A stretch of 40,137 bases of DNA from Escherichia phage vB_Eco_Bam, in the sequence record OW991346; one strand, given 5' to 3'. Positions 26,099-36,674 of the stretch are shown here, piece after piece. The first letter of the stretch is position 1. Each line of letters begins with the position of its first letter. The notes below the pieces were generated by a model, which did not search any database, was not told the DNA's origin, and worked only from the letters and a program-made list of their open reading frames with translations. Both the position numbers and the translations under genes were made by a program.

Positions 26099-28173
26099 GT
26101 AAACTTCAACAGGCTTTAGCCTCAGTTAAAGCTCCCACTGTTTCCATCAAAGGTGTACAAGGTGCAACGTTCACTGCCCAAAATGTGCAAGCACAGCAAA
26201 CCAATCAGACCAACTACTCAGGTCAGTTGTTAGGCATTGCACAGCTAGGGTCACAACTCTATGCAGACTATGTAGACCGTAGAGAGAAACAAGGGAAAGA
26301 AAGAGCTGCGGAAATCCTGATGAAGAAGATGCAGCCTGAACAGATTCGTGAACTACGACAGTCAGGCGCTCTGCTCTATCAAGATGACCCGTACGCCATG
26401 CGTGCTCTTGAACGTGAATTAGGTCGTCAGGAGGCATACAACGTTGACGCTATGGTTCGTGAACGTATTGCCAATGGCGACTACCCAACTCGTGCAGCAA
26501 TGGAACAAGACCGTAGTGATATGATGGAGTCTGCCCGTGATGGTATGGCTCAGACTTACGGTATTGAACCAACGTCAGAGTATTTCCGTGAGGGTATGCA
26601 AGCTGATATTGTTGAGCGCAATATGGCTATCTATGATGCTCAAGCACGTAAGCAAGACCAACGTCACCGCAACGAAGCCCGTGTAGTCATTGAGTCTAAC
26701 TTAGGTTCACTGGTCAATTCGGGCAATGGTGGTCACGTTCTGTCTTACCTTCAGGACATGAAGAACAAAGGTGTTATCCGCAATGATGCTGAGTTTGAAA
26801 CTTATGCTATCAAAGCGGTGAAAGACCTGTCTCAACGTCCTAACAGCATTGACCAAGTTCGTGCCATTATGGACTCGGACATTCCGCTGTACGGAGGTAA
26901 GACAACCTTACGTGCCCGTCTTGGTGAAGAAATGTTCCGTAACTTCGAGAACTCCGCTGCTGAGTCTACATTGCGTAACAATCAAGAGACGCAACGGTGG
27001 TTCACCCAGACGTTAAACTATGTGGCTAACCCAGACCTGACACAAGATGGTGCTGAGTTACAAGCATACGATAACCTTGCGAAGTTAGAACAATTTGCTA
27101 ACCAGACACAAGGTACTGAACAAGCGACTGCTGTACGACAACAAATTGAGCAGGCTAAGATTCAGCTTGAGAATAAACTCCGAGCTAAGAACCAAGCCAA
27201 GCAGAAAGAGTTAGCTAAACAGCAACAGCAATACGTTCGGTTAGCTGCGATTGATGAACGTGTGGAAGGTCGTCTAAGTGGTGACAATCAGTTATCCCTG
27301 AAGTTGGATAGCTTTGAGTCAAATGAAACCACTGGTGAATACACTAAGAATGACCTCAACGCTTACTATCGCATGAAGATGGACGAGATTAAGAACGACC
27401 CTCAAATGTCTCAGGAACAGAAGGCACTCAAGGTGTTGAACATCGGGGCACTACTGAAGGATGAAGACAAAGCGGGATTTAGCGCCCACTTTGGGGAGAT
27501 GATTAACTCGGCCACTCAGGAACTCAACAAGTACGGTGTCGCCTTAGATGCTGGCGCTGAGTTACCTCCGACTCCTACCTTGGATTCCATGATGGAGTTG
27601 TATAAAGCTGATAAGCAGAAGTTTGTCAGTGTGTTCGGTTCAGAGTCGTCTTTGATTACTGACCTAGCGGCAGGTGCTACACTTGGTGTTCACCCTGCAC
27701 GTATCGCACAAGGTCGTATCGTCTTGGATAAGATGCCTAAGGATGCTCGAATGGCTATGTCATTAGAGTTCCAGAACATGATGTCTAAGACTGATGACAT
27801 CTATAACTCGCTGCCTGATACTCAGAAGGAAAGCCTACAAGCTGCCTATGTGGGTATGTCTGGCTTGTCTAATGCAGACCGAGTGAAGGTACTGAACGAA
27901 CACCTGAAAGACCAATATCAATCACTGACTGACCGTGGATGGTTTAACACTGGTCATGTACGTGGAGTAGTCCCTAAGACTTTCCTTATGGGCGACCCTA
28001 CCAATCCATCTTCTGTGGATGTCGGTAAGGCTAAACTTCAGAAGTACATTACCACTGAGTTCGGTGATAACGGCCTGACAAGCGTCTCTGCTGTTGGTGA
28101 TACCCTCCTGTTGTGGAATACCCTGCGTAATACGCCTCGGTATCTGACCAAGGAGGAGTTGATGAAGTATTAA
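26095..28173 (+). CDS. gp15: internal virion protein C (T7 gp15-like)
   Basis: 692 aa; position and size (T7 gp15 is 747 aa); start overlaps the gp14 stop. Confidence 0.85.
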   Translation: MSKLQQALASVKAPTVSIKGVQGATFTAQNVQAQQTNQTNYSGQLLGIAQLGSQLYADYVDRREKQGKERAAEILMKKMQPEQIRELRQSGALLYQDDPYAMRALERELGRQEAYNVDAMVRERIANGDYPTRAAMEQDRSDMMESARDGMAQTYGIEPTSEYFREGMQADIVERNMAIYDAQARKQDQRHRNEARVVIESNLGSLVNSGNGGHVLSYLQDMKNKGVIRNDAEFETYAIKAVKDLSQRPNSIDQVRAIMDSDIPLYGGKTTLRARLGEEMFRNFENSAAESTLRNNQETQRWFTQTLNYVANPDLTQDGAELQAYDNLAKLEQFANQTQGTEQATAVRQQIEQAKIQLENKLRAKNQAKQKELAKQQQQYVRLAAIDERVEGRLSGDNQLSLKLDSFESNETTGEYTKNDLNAYYRMKMDEIKNDPQMSQEQKALKVLNIGALLKDEDKAGFSAHFGEMINSATQELNKYGVALDAGAELPPTPTLDSMMELYKADKQKFVSVFGSESSLITDLAAGATLGVHPARIAQGRIVLDKMPKDARMAMSLEFQNMMSKTDDIYNSLPDTQKESLQAAYVGMSGLSNADRVKVLNEHLKDQYQSLTDRGWFNTGHVRGVVPKTFLMGDPTNPSSVDVGKAKLQKYITTEFGDNGLTSVSAVGDTLLLWNTLRNTPRYLTKEELMKY

Positions 28174-28195
28174 TAACACGTAAGGAGGACTTTCA

Positions 28196-31100
28196 ATGAG
28201 TTATTCAACTGATACGTCCTCCACTTCAATGTATCAACGACTGAAGGCATTGAGTGGAGACACACACGGATTAATTACTACCGCTGGCAATGAGCTTGGA
28301 TTACCTGAAGGCCAAGCTCTGAAGGTTGGTATGATTGAGTCCGGCTTAAAGGCTGATGCCAGTTCTGGTGTAGCCAAAGGTCTATTCCAATTCACCAAGA
28401 CTACTTGGGATGCAATGAAGCAGAAGTATGGTGCTGAGTATGGTATCGACCCTACCGCTTCCCGTACTGACCCTGTAGCTAACACTATCCTTGGTGTGGC
28501 TTACCTGAAAGAGAACGCAACAAACTATCAGTCAACCTTCGGTAAAGACCCTGAGTTGGTAGACCTATACATGGGTCACTTCTTGGGTCAGTCTGGTCGT
28601 AACCAATTCCTGAAAGCAATGGAACAGAATCCTAATGCTCCGGCTTATGCTGTGGTAGGTAAACGTTCTGTAGCTAACAACAAAGATGTCTTCTTCAAGA
28701 AAGACGGTACTGCTCGCACACTGAATGAAGTGTATCAAATGTACTCTAACAAACTGAGTGCAACCGAGCTGGAACAGGACATGAAGACCGACCGTTTGAA
28801 GATGGACATTCAGGATGAATTGTTGTGGAAAACTCTAGGGCGTAGCCAAGACGGAAGTGCTAACGCAACATTGTCAACCGGAACTGCACCAAGTACACCA
28901 AACTTTGACGTCTCCCTTAGTGACTCCAAGCCTCAGTCTATCGCTGACGCTCTTAGCAGCTACGGTTTGCAAAAGCCTGAAGATACTGTAGAGAAGGACG
29001 AACGGTCTTTCTTTGATGGTGCTTGGGAAGCTGCCAAAGCGGAAATCCGATTGTCACCTATTGGTCGTGACCTACGTGAAAAGTACATTCAGTCAGGTGC
29101 TCCGGTAGAGTGGGACTCTGCGGCTGCTGCTCTGCGTGAGTCATTCAGTGGTCTGTCTCAAAGTGAAATGTTCACAGGTAACATCAATCCGTTAGAGCCT
29201 ATGGACATTACGCCTGAGATGTGGAACACAATCCTGAGCAACGGTGTAGACAAGAAGTGGATGGAGTACATCAAGATGTCCGCTAACCCACAAGACCTTG
29301 TTAACCGTGTTCAAATGGCTCAAGAGATGCAACGTGCAGACCAAGCACGACAAGCGGCTGCTACAGGTGGACAGTTAGTCGGTGGTATTGCTGGTGCATT
29401 CGGTGACCCATTGACGTTCGCTACTGGTGGTACATCCGCTGGTGGTAGCTTAATGACTCGCCTCTTTGTGGCTGGTACTGAAGCTGCTGCTGGTAATGCT
29501 GCCAATGAGTTCTCACTGAGTCAGGAGACACGAGGTGGTGTAGAGACTAACATTGCGGCTGCTGCCTTAGGTGGCTTTGCTGGGGGTGTAGCTCTGCGTG
29601 GCCTAGGTGAAGCATTCACTAATATGTCTGCTGCTGGTCGTATGAGAGCACGTCAAGAGTCTATTGATGCTGGTGTACCGGATGTTACTGCCCGACCTGA
29701 TGTGGAAGTACCTGAAGGCAAGACTTGGGTTGAGAAACCTGATGAAGCTGGTGCTGTAGTTGATGAACTCGGTAACACTCACTCTGCCACATCCTTCGGT
29801 AATCCTAAGGTAATGGAAGCTGTGGAAGCTAACAAAGGTATCGAACTTGGTGGCCTTAACTCCATCAGCTACGACCTGCTTCGCAGTGAGTCCACTGAGA
29901 CTCGTACCATTGCACAGGACTTAGTGCGTTCACCTACAGGTATCAAAGGTGGTGGCTCAGGTGTCACTCGTATGACCGCTGAGGACTATCTGGGACGACT
30001 TGAAGGGCAAGACAACCTAATCTATACCCAAGCGATGAAAGCTCGTGAGAAAGCCTATGAGCACTCTATGTTCGACCTTCAAGGTGGGCGTAATGCTCGT
30101 GAAGCTATGGAACGACAAGTAGTCGAGGCCATTGAGTCCGGTGACTTCAGCCGACTCACTCCTGAGATGAAAGAGTATGCAGACCTGTTGACTACCAACT
30201 TCACGGAGAAACACTATGCAGCCTCAAACATTGCAGCACTGAGTGGCAACGCTGATGCACCTAATGTACTGACCTCCACGATTGACCCTAAGCGTTACGT
30301 CCCTGCTATCTATGAAGAAGGTAAGGTGATTGACGCTAAGATGCGGTTTGACCCTGAAGGTAAGTACGAAGGTCTGTACAACGAGATTCAAGCAAATTGG
30401 ACTGCTCAATGGAAGAACAACCACAACGGTGTTCGTGAGCGTATGAAAGCCTTGTTTGATGAAGACAACTCTAAGTTCGCAGAAGACTTACGCGCTAAGT
30501 TGACCAAGGACAAGGAGCTGGATGTTGTACCTGAGGGTAAACAGAAGTCTGCCCGTATGGAGAAACAAGAGGGTATCCAAGCCAAGATTAGCAAGGCTGA
30601 GGAACTGCGTCAGAAGAACGCTGTCAAGTTACAGAAAGCACGTAAACCTGAAACTAGAGCTAAGTATGAGGGTCTTGTACAGAAGTATGACAAGCAATTG
30701 TCTGAACTGAAGACAGAACTCGAAATGACTAAGCCTATGGATGAAGACAAGCTGCTGGAAATCTATGCACAGCGTTACATCGAGCGTAAGTCCTACGGTA
30801 TTGCCAAGAATGGTGAGTTCACCCACTCGTCTTCTCTTGAGGATGTAGACCTGAGTGATTCACTGGTAGGTATCGAAAATAACAACTTCACCCAAGAGCG
30901 TAACATCTTTGATATGGCCTATGAGTCTATCGCTAAGGATGGTGAACCGTTCTCTCTGAATGACCTCCGTCACTTCGATATGATGAACGCTATGTCAATG
31001 TACAACAAGCGCATGAACGGTGATATTGCTATCCATGCCTCAACAGGTAAGACAACGAAAGACCTCAAAGATGCTATCGTAGCGTTGCCTGAAGGCCGTG

Positions 31101-32521
31101 ACCGTACTAACCTTGACCAACTGACCCGATTGATTACTGGCCGCCGTAGAGCTGAAGACCCTGCGTCTGCCTTGGTGACTGCAATTCGTGGTCTGCAAGA
31201 TTGGTCGTTCCTGTCTAACTCTGCGCAGATGTGGGTGAACAACCTAACTGAAGTATCAGGGTGGGCAACTAACCGGATGATGTTTGTGGCTCGTAATGGT
31301 GTCAAAGGTCTGAACCAACTGTTGAACCCAGAAACGAAGTTCTCTAAGGCTGACCTGAAGGACTTTGCTGATGGTCTGTTCGGCTATGACCTGAACACTT
31401 CGTTGTTACCTTCCTACCGGAACATCAAAGACCAACTGATTAAGACAGGTGCTAGCGAACGTGCTGCTTCAATCGCTGCTGGTATTCGTACAAGTGGTGC
31501 ATTGGCTGCAAGTCATAAGTACAACATCTACACTAAGCTGTTGAACAAGACTACTGAAGGTCTGGTCAATATGGCACGTAGTGGTGTACTGAGTGACATC
31601 ACACACGAAGCATTCGGTGGTGTGCGTATCAATAAGGCTATCTTGAGGAATGCCTCAATCACTGAGAAACAGTATGCAGGTGTCTTGGATATGTTACGTC
31701 AGCACATCAAAGTGCAAGACGGTAAGTATGTCCCTGATGTGCAGGCCATTAAGCGTGACGTTAGGTCTAATGACCTGTGGCGCTTAGCGGACTACATTGC
31801 GTCTGACTCTGTGATGCGAACAAACAAGGTGGGCTTCAACTATGTGGCTAAACCTAATGCCTTTATGAACCTTGCGTTGCAGTTCAAGTCCTTCATGTTG
31901 AAGGGTCTGAATGCTCGCACTGTTCGTATGTGGCATGAGTCATTCCAAGGTAAGTCTATTGACAACGCTATGCGAGTTATCGTTGGTGCTGGTATCACTG
32001 GTGCTATCTGGGCTGCACAGGCTCACTACCGTTCTATTGGTATTCCACCTGAGCAACGCCAAGAGTACCTTGAGCGTATGTTAGACCCTAGCATGGTAGC
32101 TTATCAGGCATTCTCACGTAGTGCTGAGATGGGTACTGTACTTGGTGGTGTAAACCTCGCGTTGACTCCATTCACAGACAGTGACCTGTTCCGTTTAGGT
32201 CGTTCTACCGTAGACCCTGTACGGGCTATGAAAGGACGCTCACCTTTACGTGCAGACGTTCTGAATCAACAAGCTGTCGGTGAACAACTTGGTGACGCTG
32301 TGTACAACACAATGCCAGCCTTGAAGTTCATTGGTACTGCTGGTGTCCTTCCGGCTAACGCTGTGCAATGGGCACTTGCCGACCACGGCTATCAGTCTGA
32401 CATGCAGGCTCGTACCTTCTTTGAGAACTTAGCGTCTGCTGCTCCTAATGCTCCTGAGATTCAGTGGTTAATCGGGATGATGGCACAAGATGCAGGTGCT
32501 TCAGGTAAGGGTATGTGGTAA
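28196..32521 (+). CDS. gp16: internal virion protein D with N-terminal lytic transglycosylase domain (T7 gp16-like)
   Basis: 1441 aa; N-terminal SLT-like motif (GMIESGLKADASSGVAKGLFQFTKTTW with catalytic-type ES); size and position as T7 gp16. Confidence 0.92.
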   Translation: MSYSTDTSSTSMYQRLKALSGDTHGLITTAGNELGLPEGQALKVGMIESGLKADASSGVAKGLFQFTKTTWDAMKQKYGAEYGIDPTASRTDPVANTILGVAYLKENATNYQSTFGKDPELVDLYMGHFLGQSGRNQFLKAMEQNPNAPAYAVVGKRSVANNKDVFFKKDGTARTLNEVYQMYSNKLSATELEQDMKTDRLKMDIQDELLWKTLGRSQDGSANATLSTGTAPSTPNFDVSLSDSKPQSIADALSSYGLQKPEDTVEKDERSFFDGAWEAAKAEIRLSPIGRDLREKYIQSGAPVEWDSAAAALRESFSGLSQSEMFTGNINPLEPMDITPEMWNTILSNGVDKKWMEYIKMSANPQDLVNRVQMAQEMQRADQARQAAATGGQLVGGIAGAFGDPLTFATGGTSAGGSLMTRLFVAGTEAAAGNAANEFSLSQETRGGVETNIAAAALGGFAGGVALRGLGEAFTNMSAAGRMRARQESIDAGVPDVTARPDVEVPEGKTWVEKPDEAGAVVDELGNTHSATSFGNPKVMEAVEANKGIELGGLNSISYDLLRSESTETRTIAQDLVRSPTGIKGGGSGVTRMTAEDYLGRLEGQDNLIYTQAMKAREKAYEHSMFDLQGGRNAREAMERQVVEAIESGDFSRLTPEMKEYADLLTTNFTEKHYAASNIAALSGNADAPNVLTSTIDPKRYVPAIYEEGKVIDAKMRFDPEGKYEGLYNEIQANWTAQWKNNHNGVRERMKALFDEDNSKFAEDLRAKLTKDKELDVVPEGKQKSARMEKQEGIQAKISKAEELRQKNAVKLQKARKPETRAKYEGLVQKYDKQLSELKTELEMTKPMDEDKLLEIYAQRYIERKSYGIAKNGEFTHSSSLEDVDLSDSLVGIENNNFTQERNIFDMAYESIAKDGEPFSLNDLRHFDMMNAMSMYNKRMNGDIAIHASTGKTTKDLKDAIVALPEGRDRTNLDQLTRLITGRRRAEDPASALVTAIRGLQDWSFLSNSAQMWVNNLTEVSGWATNRMMFVARNGVKGLNQLLNPETKFSKADLKDFADGLFGYDLNTSLLPSYRNIKDQLIKTGASERAASIAAGIRTSGALAASHKYNIYTKLLNKTTEGLVNMARSGVLSDITHEAFGGVRINKAILRNASITEKQYAGVLDMLRQHIKVQDGKYVPDVQAIKRDVRSNDLWRLADYIASDSVMRTNKVGFNYVAKPNAFMNLALQFKSFMLKGLNARTVRMWHESFQGKSIDNAMRVIVGAGITGAIWAAQAHYRSIGIPPEQRQEYLERMLDPSMVAYQAFSRSAEMGTVLGGVNLALTPFTDSDLFRLGRSTVDPVRAMKGRSPLRADVLNQQAVGEQLGDAVYNTMPALKFIGTAGVLPANAVQWALADHGYQSDMQARTFFENLASAAPNAPEIQWLIGMMAQDAGASGKGMW

Positions 32522-32541
32522 TTAACACCCACTATTGGAGA
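32520..32541 (+). promoter_or_regulatory. phage RNAP promoter upstream of the tail fiber gene (phi17 analog)
   Basis: Exact consensus overlapping the gp16 stop. Confidence 0.85.
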
Positions 32542-32561
32542 GGGAGGCTAAATGTCTCCCT
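32541..32561 (+). other. 5' leader hairpin after the tail fiber promoter
   Basis: AGGGAGGC-TAAAT-GTCTCCCT, 8-bp stem starting within the initiating GGAGA. Confidence 0.45.
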
Positions 32562-32597
32562 ACTTAATGTCTATAACAATTAGTGTAAGGAGGATAA

Positions 32598-34466
32598 ATG
32601 GCTAACGCTACTCCATTCTATACACGGTCGCCTAAGACTATTGTCGTTTATCCGATTAATGGTCAGACAGAGTTCACTATTCCCTTTGAGTTTCTAGCTC
32701 GTAAGTTCGTAGTGGTAACACTGTTGGGTGTAGACCGTTTACCGTTGGTACTCAATACCGACTATCGTTTTGTGTCTGTGAATCGTATTCAGTTACTCTC
32801 TCCGGTTCCCGCTGGGTATCCTAACATTGAGTTACGCCGATTGACTTCCGCTACTGACCGACTGGTCGATTTTCACGATGGGTCTATCCTACGTGCTTAC
32901 GACTTAAACTTGGCTCAGATTCAGACCATGCACGTTGCTGAAGAAGCTCGTGACCTGACTGCGGACAACATTGGTGTAAACGATAACGGCGACCTTGATG
33001 CTCGTAACCGTAAGATTGTCAACTTGGCTAACGGTACAGAGAACAACGATGCTGTGAACTTGGGTCAGTTACGTCAGTTCGATACATCCACTGCTAACAA
33101 TGCTGACCGTGCTGAGGCTGCAAAGAATCGTGCTGTACAAGCTGAGACTAACACTGCGCGTGACTCTGCGTCTGCCGCTGTGAATGCTACCAAGGCTGTA
33201 GCGTCTGCTGGTACTGCTGTGCAGGCTGCAAGTGATGCCAATCGGTCTTACGATAAGATTGTCCCTTTGGAACAGTCCACTGTGGCTAACGCTCAGGTAG
33301 CAACTCAACAGGCTCAACGTTCTCAGAGCGAAGCAGACCGAGCTAAGAGTGAGGCTGACAAGCTGGCTAACATTAACCAGTTCGCACAGACCATTGAACG
33401 TGTAGACGGTACTGCTCCGGTATTTAAAAGCAACCTAGCGATTGGAGGTAATTCCGCATCTACTCATGCTTACATTAGTATTAACTCAAAGGCATCCGAT
33501 GAAAGTGGTGTAACACGAAAAGGGTTTATTGGGGTTGCTGGTGAAAACGAGAAACACATTACCGTTGGTTCAGATGTTAGTGCTGTTCGTTTACAAACAC
33601 CTAGTGGTTCTGTTCAAGTTGGTGGTAATCTAGTACATTCTGCTGCCAACAGACTATTGGTATCTGCACAGGATGATAATGACTGCTATATCGACATTGC
33701 TGCCAGAAACTCTGAGAATAAGTTTCGTCGTATTTATTCAGGTGGCGGTAGGTTAGCAGTGACAGAGAACGTGTCAACAACTGGTGAGTGGTTGCGAGAT
33801 ATTATCAGCACATACCAATACCCTAGTGACCCAAGACGCGGTATCTTTGAGGTTGGTAACGCCAATATGCGCTCAAAGGCGTGGGGTTCCACTTGGGCGG
33901 ATAGTTTAACAACTTGGAACTCTGGTAACTTTGTTGATGCAAACTATGCTGCTGGGTCTGCAATTTCTGCTGTGACCCTTAGTGTCCCTTCTCGACCTAG
34001 TGTAGGGTGGCCGACTAACATTGGATTTGGTACTTTGATGGACGGTCGTGCCGGTCTTATGAATCCTTACATCTGGGCGGCTGGTATGGATAATGCAGAG
34101 TTACGAGGTTGGGAGTTCCAATCTGACGGTCGTATTCGCTCATTTAACCAGTTAGGTAGCTTAGGTATTGTGTCGTTTATGGGAGACTGGGCACCTCGTA
34201 ATGCCCCTATTGGTGCTGCTGGGTACAGTGGAGGACTTCAGATTCGTTACGGTGTTGTCTATGCTGCACAGGCAGAGGCATGGAACTGGCACGCTTACTC
34301 TGAACCTTTCCCTACTGCTACCCTCTCTGTTGCATTGACACAGCGTAACCCGCCACGTTTCGACAATACTTGGAACCCGAAGATTGGCTCTGTGAACAAC
34401 ACAGGTTTTAACTTTGCTGGTGGTGGTCAGGAACGTGACTTCTATTACATCGCTGTAGGTTACTAA
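32598..34466 (+). CDS. gp17: tail fiber protein (T7 gp17-like N-terminus, divergent C-terminus)
   Basis: 622 aa; N-terminal ~150 aa nearly collinear with T7 gp17 (FEFLARKFVVVTLLGVDR, TDRLVDFHDGSILRAYDLNLAQIQTMHVAEEARDLT, DARNRKIVNLANG); the remainder is divergent. Confidence 0.93.
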   Translation: MANATPFYTRSPKTIVVYPINGQTEFTIPFEFLARKFVVVTLLGVDRLPLVLNTDYRFVSVNRIQLLSPVPAGYPNIELRRLTSATDRLVDFHDGSILRAYDLNLAQIQTMHVAEEARDLTADNIGVNDNGDLDARNRKIVNLANGTENNDAVNLGQLRQFDTSTANNADRAEAAKNRAVQAETNTARDSASAAVNATKAVASAGTAVQAASDANRSYDKIVPLEQSTVANAQVATQQAQRSQSEADRAKSEADKLANINQFAQTIERVDGTAPVFKSNLAIGGNSASTHAYISINSKASDESGVTRKGFIGVAGENEKHITVGSDVSAVRLQTPSGSVQVGGNLVHSAANRLLVSAQDDNDCYIDIAARNSENKFRRIYSGGGRLAVTENVSTTGEWLRDIISTYQYPSDPRRGIFEVGNANMRSKAWGSTWADSLTTWNSGNFVDANYAAGSAISAVTLSVPSRPSVGWPTNIGFGTLMDGRAGLMNPYIWAAGMDNAELRGWEFQSDGRIRSFNQLGSLGIVSFMGDWAPRNAPIGAAGYSGGLQIRYGVVYAAQAEAWNWHAYSEPFPTATLSVALTQRNPPRFDNTWNPKIGSVNNTGFNFAGGGQERDFYYIAVGY

Positions 34467-34475
34467 GGAGGAACA

Positions 34476-34820
34476 ATGTACTTAAACTATTCACAAGCTA
34501 TGCAGGCTTTGTTGGATGGTTATGATGTCATTCGGGAGAGCACAGGACGTGTTCTCTCTGTTGATAAGACCAACAACAATATGTTTGCCTACTGGCCTGA
34601 ACTTGGTGAAGGTCTGCGGGATACACCAATGAGTCAAGAAGACTTAGAGGCAACCGACTGGAAAATCTATGACCATAATGGTAACGATGCTCCTGAGGAC
34701 TCCTCTCAGTTCGACATCAAGGTTCCTGTGGACACCAAGCAACAACAAATTGATGAACTAACTGATAAGTTAGCAAATCTTGAACAGAAACTCATGGAGG
34801 TGCTAAATGCCAAGTCCTAA
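34476..34820 (+). CDS. hypothetical protein downstream of tail fiber
   Basis: 114 aa; strong RBS AAGGAGGA; acidic with a C-terminal coiled-coil-like segment; stop overlaps the next start. Confidence 0.6.
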   Translation: MYLNYSQAMQALLDGYDVIRESTGRVLSVDKTNNNMFAYWPELGEGLRDTPMSQEDLEATDWKIYDHNGNDAPEDSSQFDIKVPVDTKQQQIDELTDKLANLEQKLMEVLNAKS

Positions 34821-35892
34821 AGCTCAAGACACTGTTGAGTTCGGATGGTCTGGTACTGATGGTTATATTCGTAATGGAGGTAAGTACAACCTCCTTACGT
34901 CTAAGCCTAAGATGACCTTTGCGTATGACACAGTGATGTACTCAACTGACCCTGCCGTAGAGGATGTTCGGACAGTTGGACTGCAAGTGTTCCCACTTCA
35001 GCCTAACGAAATGTCTGAACTGAATGCCTACGCTGTGGCTCACTCAATCAATGACCCGTGGAATCCGGCAGACCCTGCTGACCCTGTTGGTAAACCTGAG
35101 CATCCTGTCACTAACATGATTTACTCGTTTGACACTGCGTCTGGCCGATTGGTTCCAGTCAATGTGTATGCCCAAGATGGTGACTTCTGGGTAGGTGACC
35201 AAGCGTCAACCAATGAGAAACGACTGGCTGTGTTACGTCAGGTTGGTAGTGGGTTTACTGCTGCCTTGGTTCACATTACCGATGCTGGTCATGTTCAGGT
35301 AACTCGAACAGATAATGCAGGTAATATGGTGTCTCTGGACATTGGAGATACAGATATTGGCATCACCACGAGTGCTGGCCGTAAGCGGTTTGTTACCGAG
35401 GATGAACTGCCTCCTCCGCCTCCACCTCCTGCTGCACCTGTTGTCCAGTCTATTGACTTGGTAGATACCGTGAAACTTGCAGGTGCAAACTACGTGTCTA
35501 ACACTGCTGTGCTAACTCAAACGTTGATGCAGGAGAATGGTACTGGCGACTACGTTGTGAAGCATCGCCTTGTCAGCTACGGCACGTTCAACTTCCCAGC
35601 TACATCATCAAACACTAAGTCAACCACATTGTCTTTGTCTGGGATGTTCTCTGGCAATCAATATGTGTTCTGTGACGAGATGACAATCAGTGGTTGGACT
35701 GTATCTGGTGGTTCTAACCCAACACAGCACAGTTATCGTATTGACCAGACCAAGCGACAGACAAACCAAATTGTTGTGCAAGCAAATGGTACGACTAACG
35801 GTGCTCTGACTGTCGCTGCCACTATTGTGATTGAGTTTAATCTGCCTAACCAAGACTACGGCTTAGGTGTCCCATTCCCTGAATTTGCGTAA
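34807..35892 (+). CDS. hypothetical protein, possible second tail-fiber / receptor-binding accessory protein
   Basis: 361 aa; RBS GGAGGT; beta-rich composition, internal PPPPPPP linker and a Ser/Thr/Gly/Asn-rich C-terminal half typical of adhesin-like domains. Function inferred from context only. Confidence 0.55.
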   Translation: MPSPKAQDTVEFGWSGTDGYIRNGGKYNLLTSKPKMTFAYDTVMYSTDPAVEDVRTVGLQVFPLQPNEMSELNAYAVAHSINDPWNPADPADPVGKPEHPVTNMIYSFDTASGRLVPVNVYAQDGDFWVGDQASTNEKRLAVLRQVGSGFTAALVHITDAGHVQVTRTDNAGNMVSLDIGDTDIGITTSAGRKRFVTEDELPPPPPPPAAPVVQSIDLVDTVKLAGANYVSNTAVLTQTLMQENGTGDYVVKHRLVSYGTFNFPATSSNTKSTTLSLSGMFSGNQYVFCDEMTISGWTVSGGSNPTQHSYRIDQTKRQTNQIVVQANGTTNGALTVAATIVIEFNLPNQDYGLGVPFPEFA

Positions 35893-35903
35893 GGAGGTAA
35901 ATC

Positions 35904-36044
35904 GTGAAGGTTAAAAAGCGTATTGTTGCCGCTGTGGTTCTGGCATCCCTGATTGTTCTGGGTGCTATCTTTGAAACCGACCTGACCAAGATGGCTGACG
36001 CTCTGGTGTCCGTCTCTTGCTCTATCGTTGAGTGTACACAATGA
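35904..36044 (+). CDS. hypothetical 46-aa single-pass membrane protein
   Basis: GTG start 5 nt after strong RBS GGAGGT; product MKVKKRIVAAVVLASLIVLGAIFETDLTKMADALVSVSCSIVECTQ has an N-terminal signal-anchor-like helix; stop overlaps the holin ATG (ATGA). Below the ORF-track cut-off. Confidence 0.45.
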   Translation: MKVKKRIVAAVVLASLIVLGAIFETDLTKMADALVSVSCSIVECTQ

Positions 36045-36250
36045 GTCTTGAACTTAACTTTGGAGATGCTGTAATCCGCTCTGCCCCTGTTGGTGGGGCG
36101 GTTGCAACAGACTTAGTAGCAAGGTTCATGGGTCTAACACTTCACGAGTGGTTCTATGTAGCGGCCATAGGATACACTTGCATTCAAGGGTGGGCAGTAA
36201 TCTATAAGACTCTCAAGAAGTACAAGGAGGATAATGTAAATGACACCTAA
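36041..36250 (+). CDS. gp17.5: holin (T7 gp17.5-like)
   Basis: 69 aa from ATG 36041; LNEWFYVAAIGYT resembles T7 holin (LNEWFYVAAIAYT). Confidence 0.8.
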   Translation: MSLELNFGDAVIRSAPVGGAVATDLVARFMGLTLHEWFYVAAIGYTCIQGWAVIYKTLKKYKEDNVNDT

Positions 36251-36485
36251 AGAGTTTGAGCTATTACTTCAGGAACTAGACTACGAAGCTGCAAAGCTGA
36301 TGTTACAAGACCTGAAGAACGACGAGAAGCGTAACCCTCAGTTGTTTAACGCTGTGGTTCGCATGTTGGAACGCCACAAGCATACAATTGCAAAGGTTGT
36401 TCCTGATGAAAGCATTCTGACCAGTCTTGCGTCTGAACTACCAGACCTGACTGAAGATGAACAATATGGAGGTATCTTACAATGA
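36240..36485 (+). CDS. gp18: terminase small subunit (T7 gp18-like)
   Basis: 81 aa; RNPQLFNAVVRMLERHK matches T7 gp18 (RSPQLYNAIVRMLDRHK); RBS AAGGAGG. Confidence 0.9.
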   Translation: MTPKEFELLLQELDYEAAKLMLQDLKNDEKRNPQLFNAVVRMLERHKHTIAKVVPDESILTSLASELPDLTEDEQYGGILQ

Positions 36486-36625
36486 ACCGTATCGTAACTT
36501 GGGTTCTGTTGGTCTGTGTGTGGACTGCTGTTCTGCTGAGTCTCAGTGGTTGCACCATTATGATTGACAGTCCAAACTCACAACCAATGGTTGAATGTGG
36601 TGACTTGTTAGGTATCACCCTGTAA
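36482..36625 (+). CDS. hypothetical 47-aa lipoprotein
   Basis: ATG overlaps the gp18 stop; RBS GGAGG 9 nt upstream; signal peptide with lipobox LSLSGC, leaving a ~24-aa mature peptide (CTIMIDSPNSQPMVECGDLLGITL). Below the ORF-track cut-off. Confidence 0.45.
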   Translation: MNRIVTWVLLVCVWTAVLLSLSGCTIMIDSPNSQPMVECGDLLGITL

Positions 36626-36674
36626 GTTATATACTCAAGGTCATTCGCGTAGAGTGGCCTTTATGAATATAACT
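36625..36674 (+). promoter_or_regulatory. RNase III-type processing site (R18.5 analog)
   Basis: Upper stem AAGGTCATTC-GCGTA-GAGTGGCCTT; perfect 8-bp lower stem AGTTATAT / ATATAACT. Confidence 0.6.
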
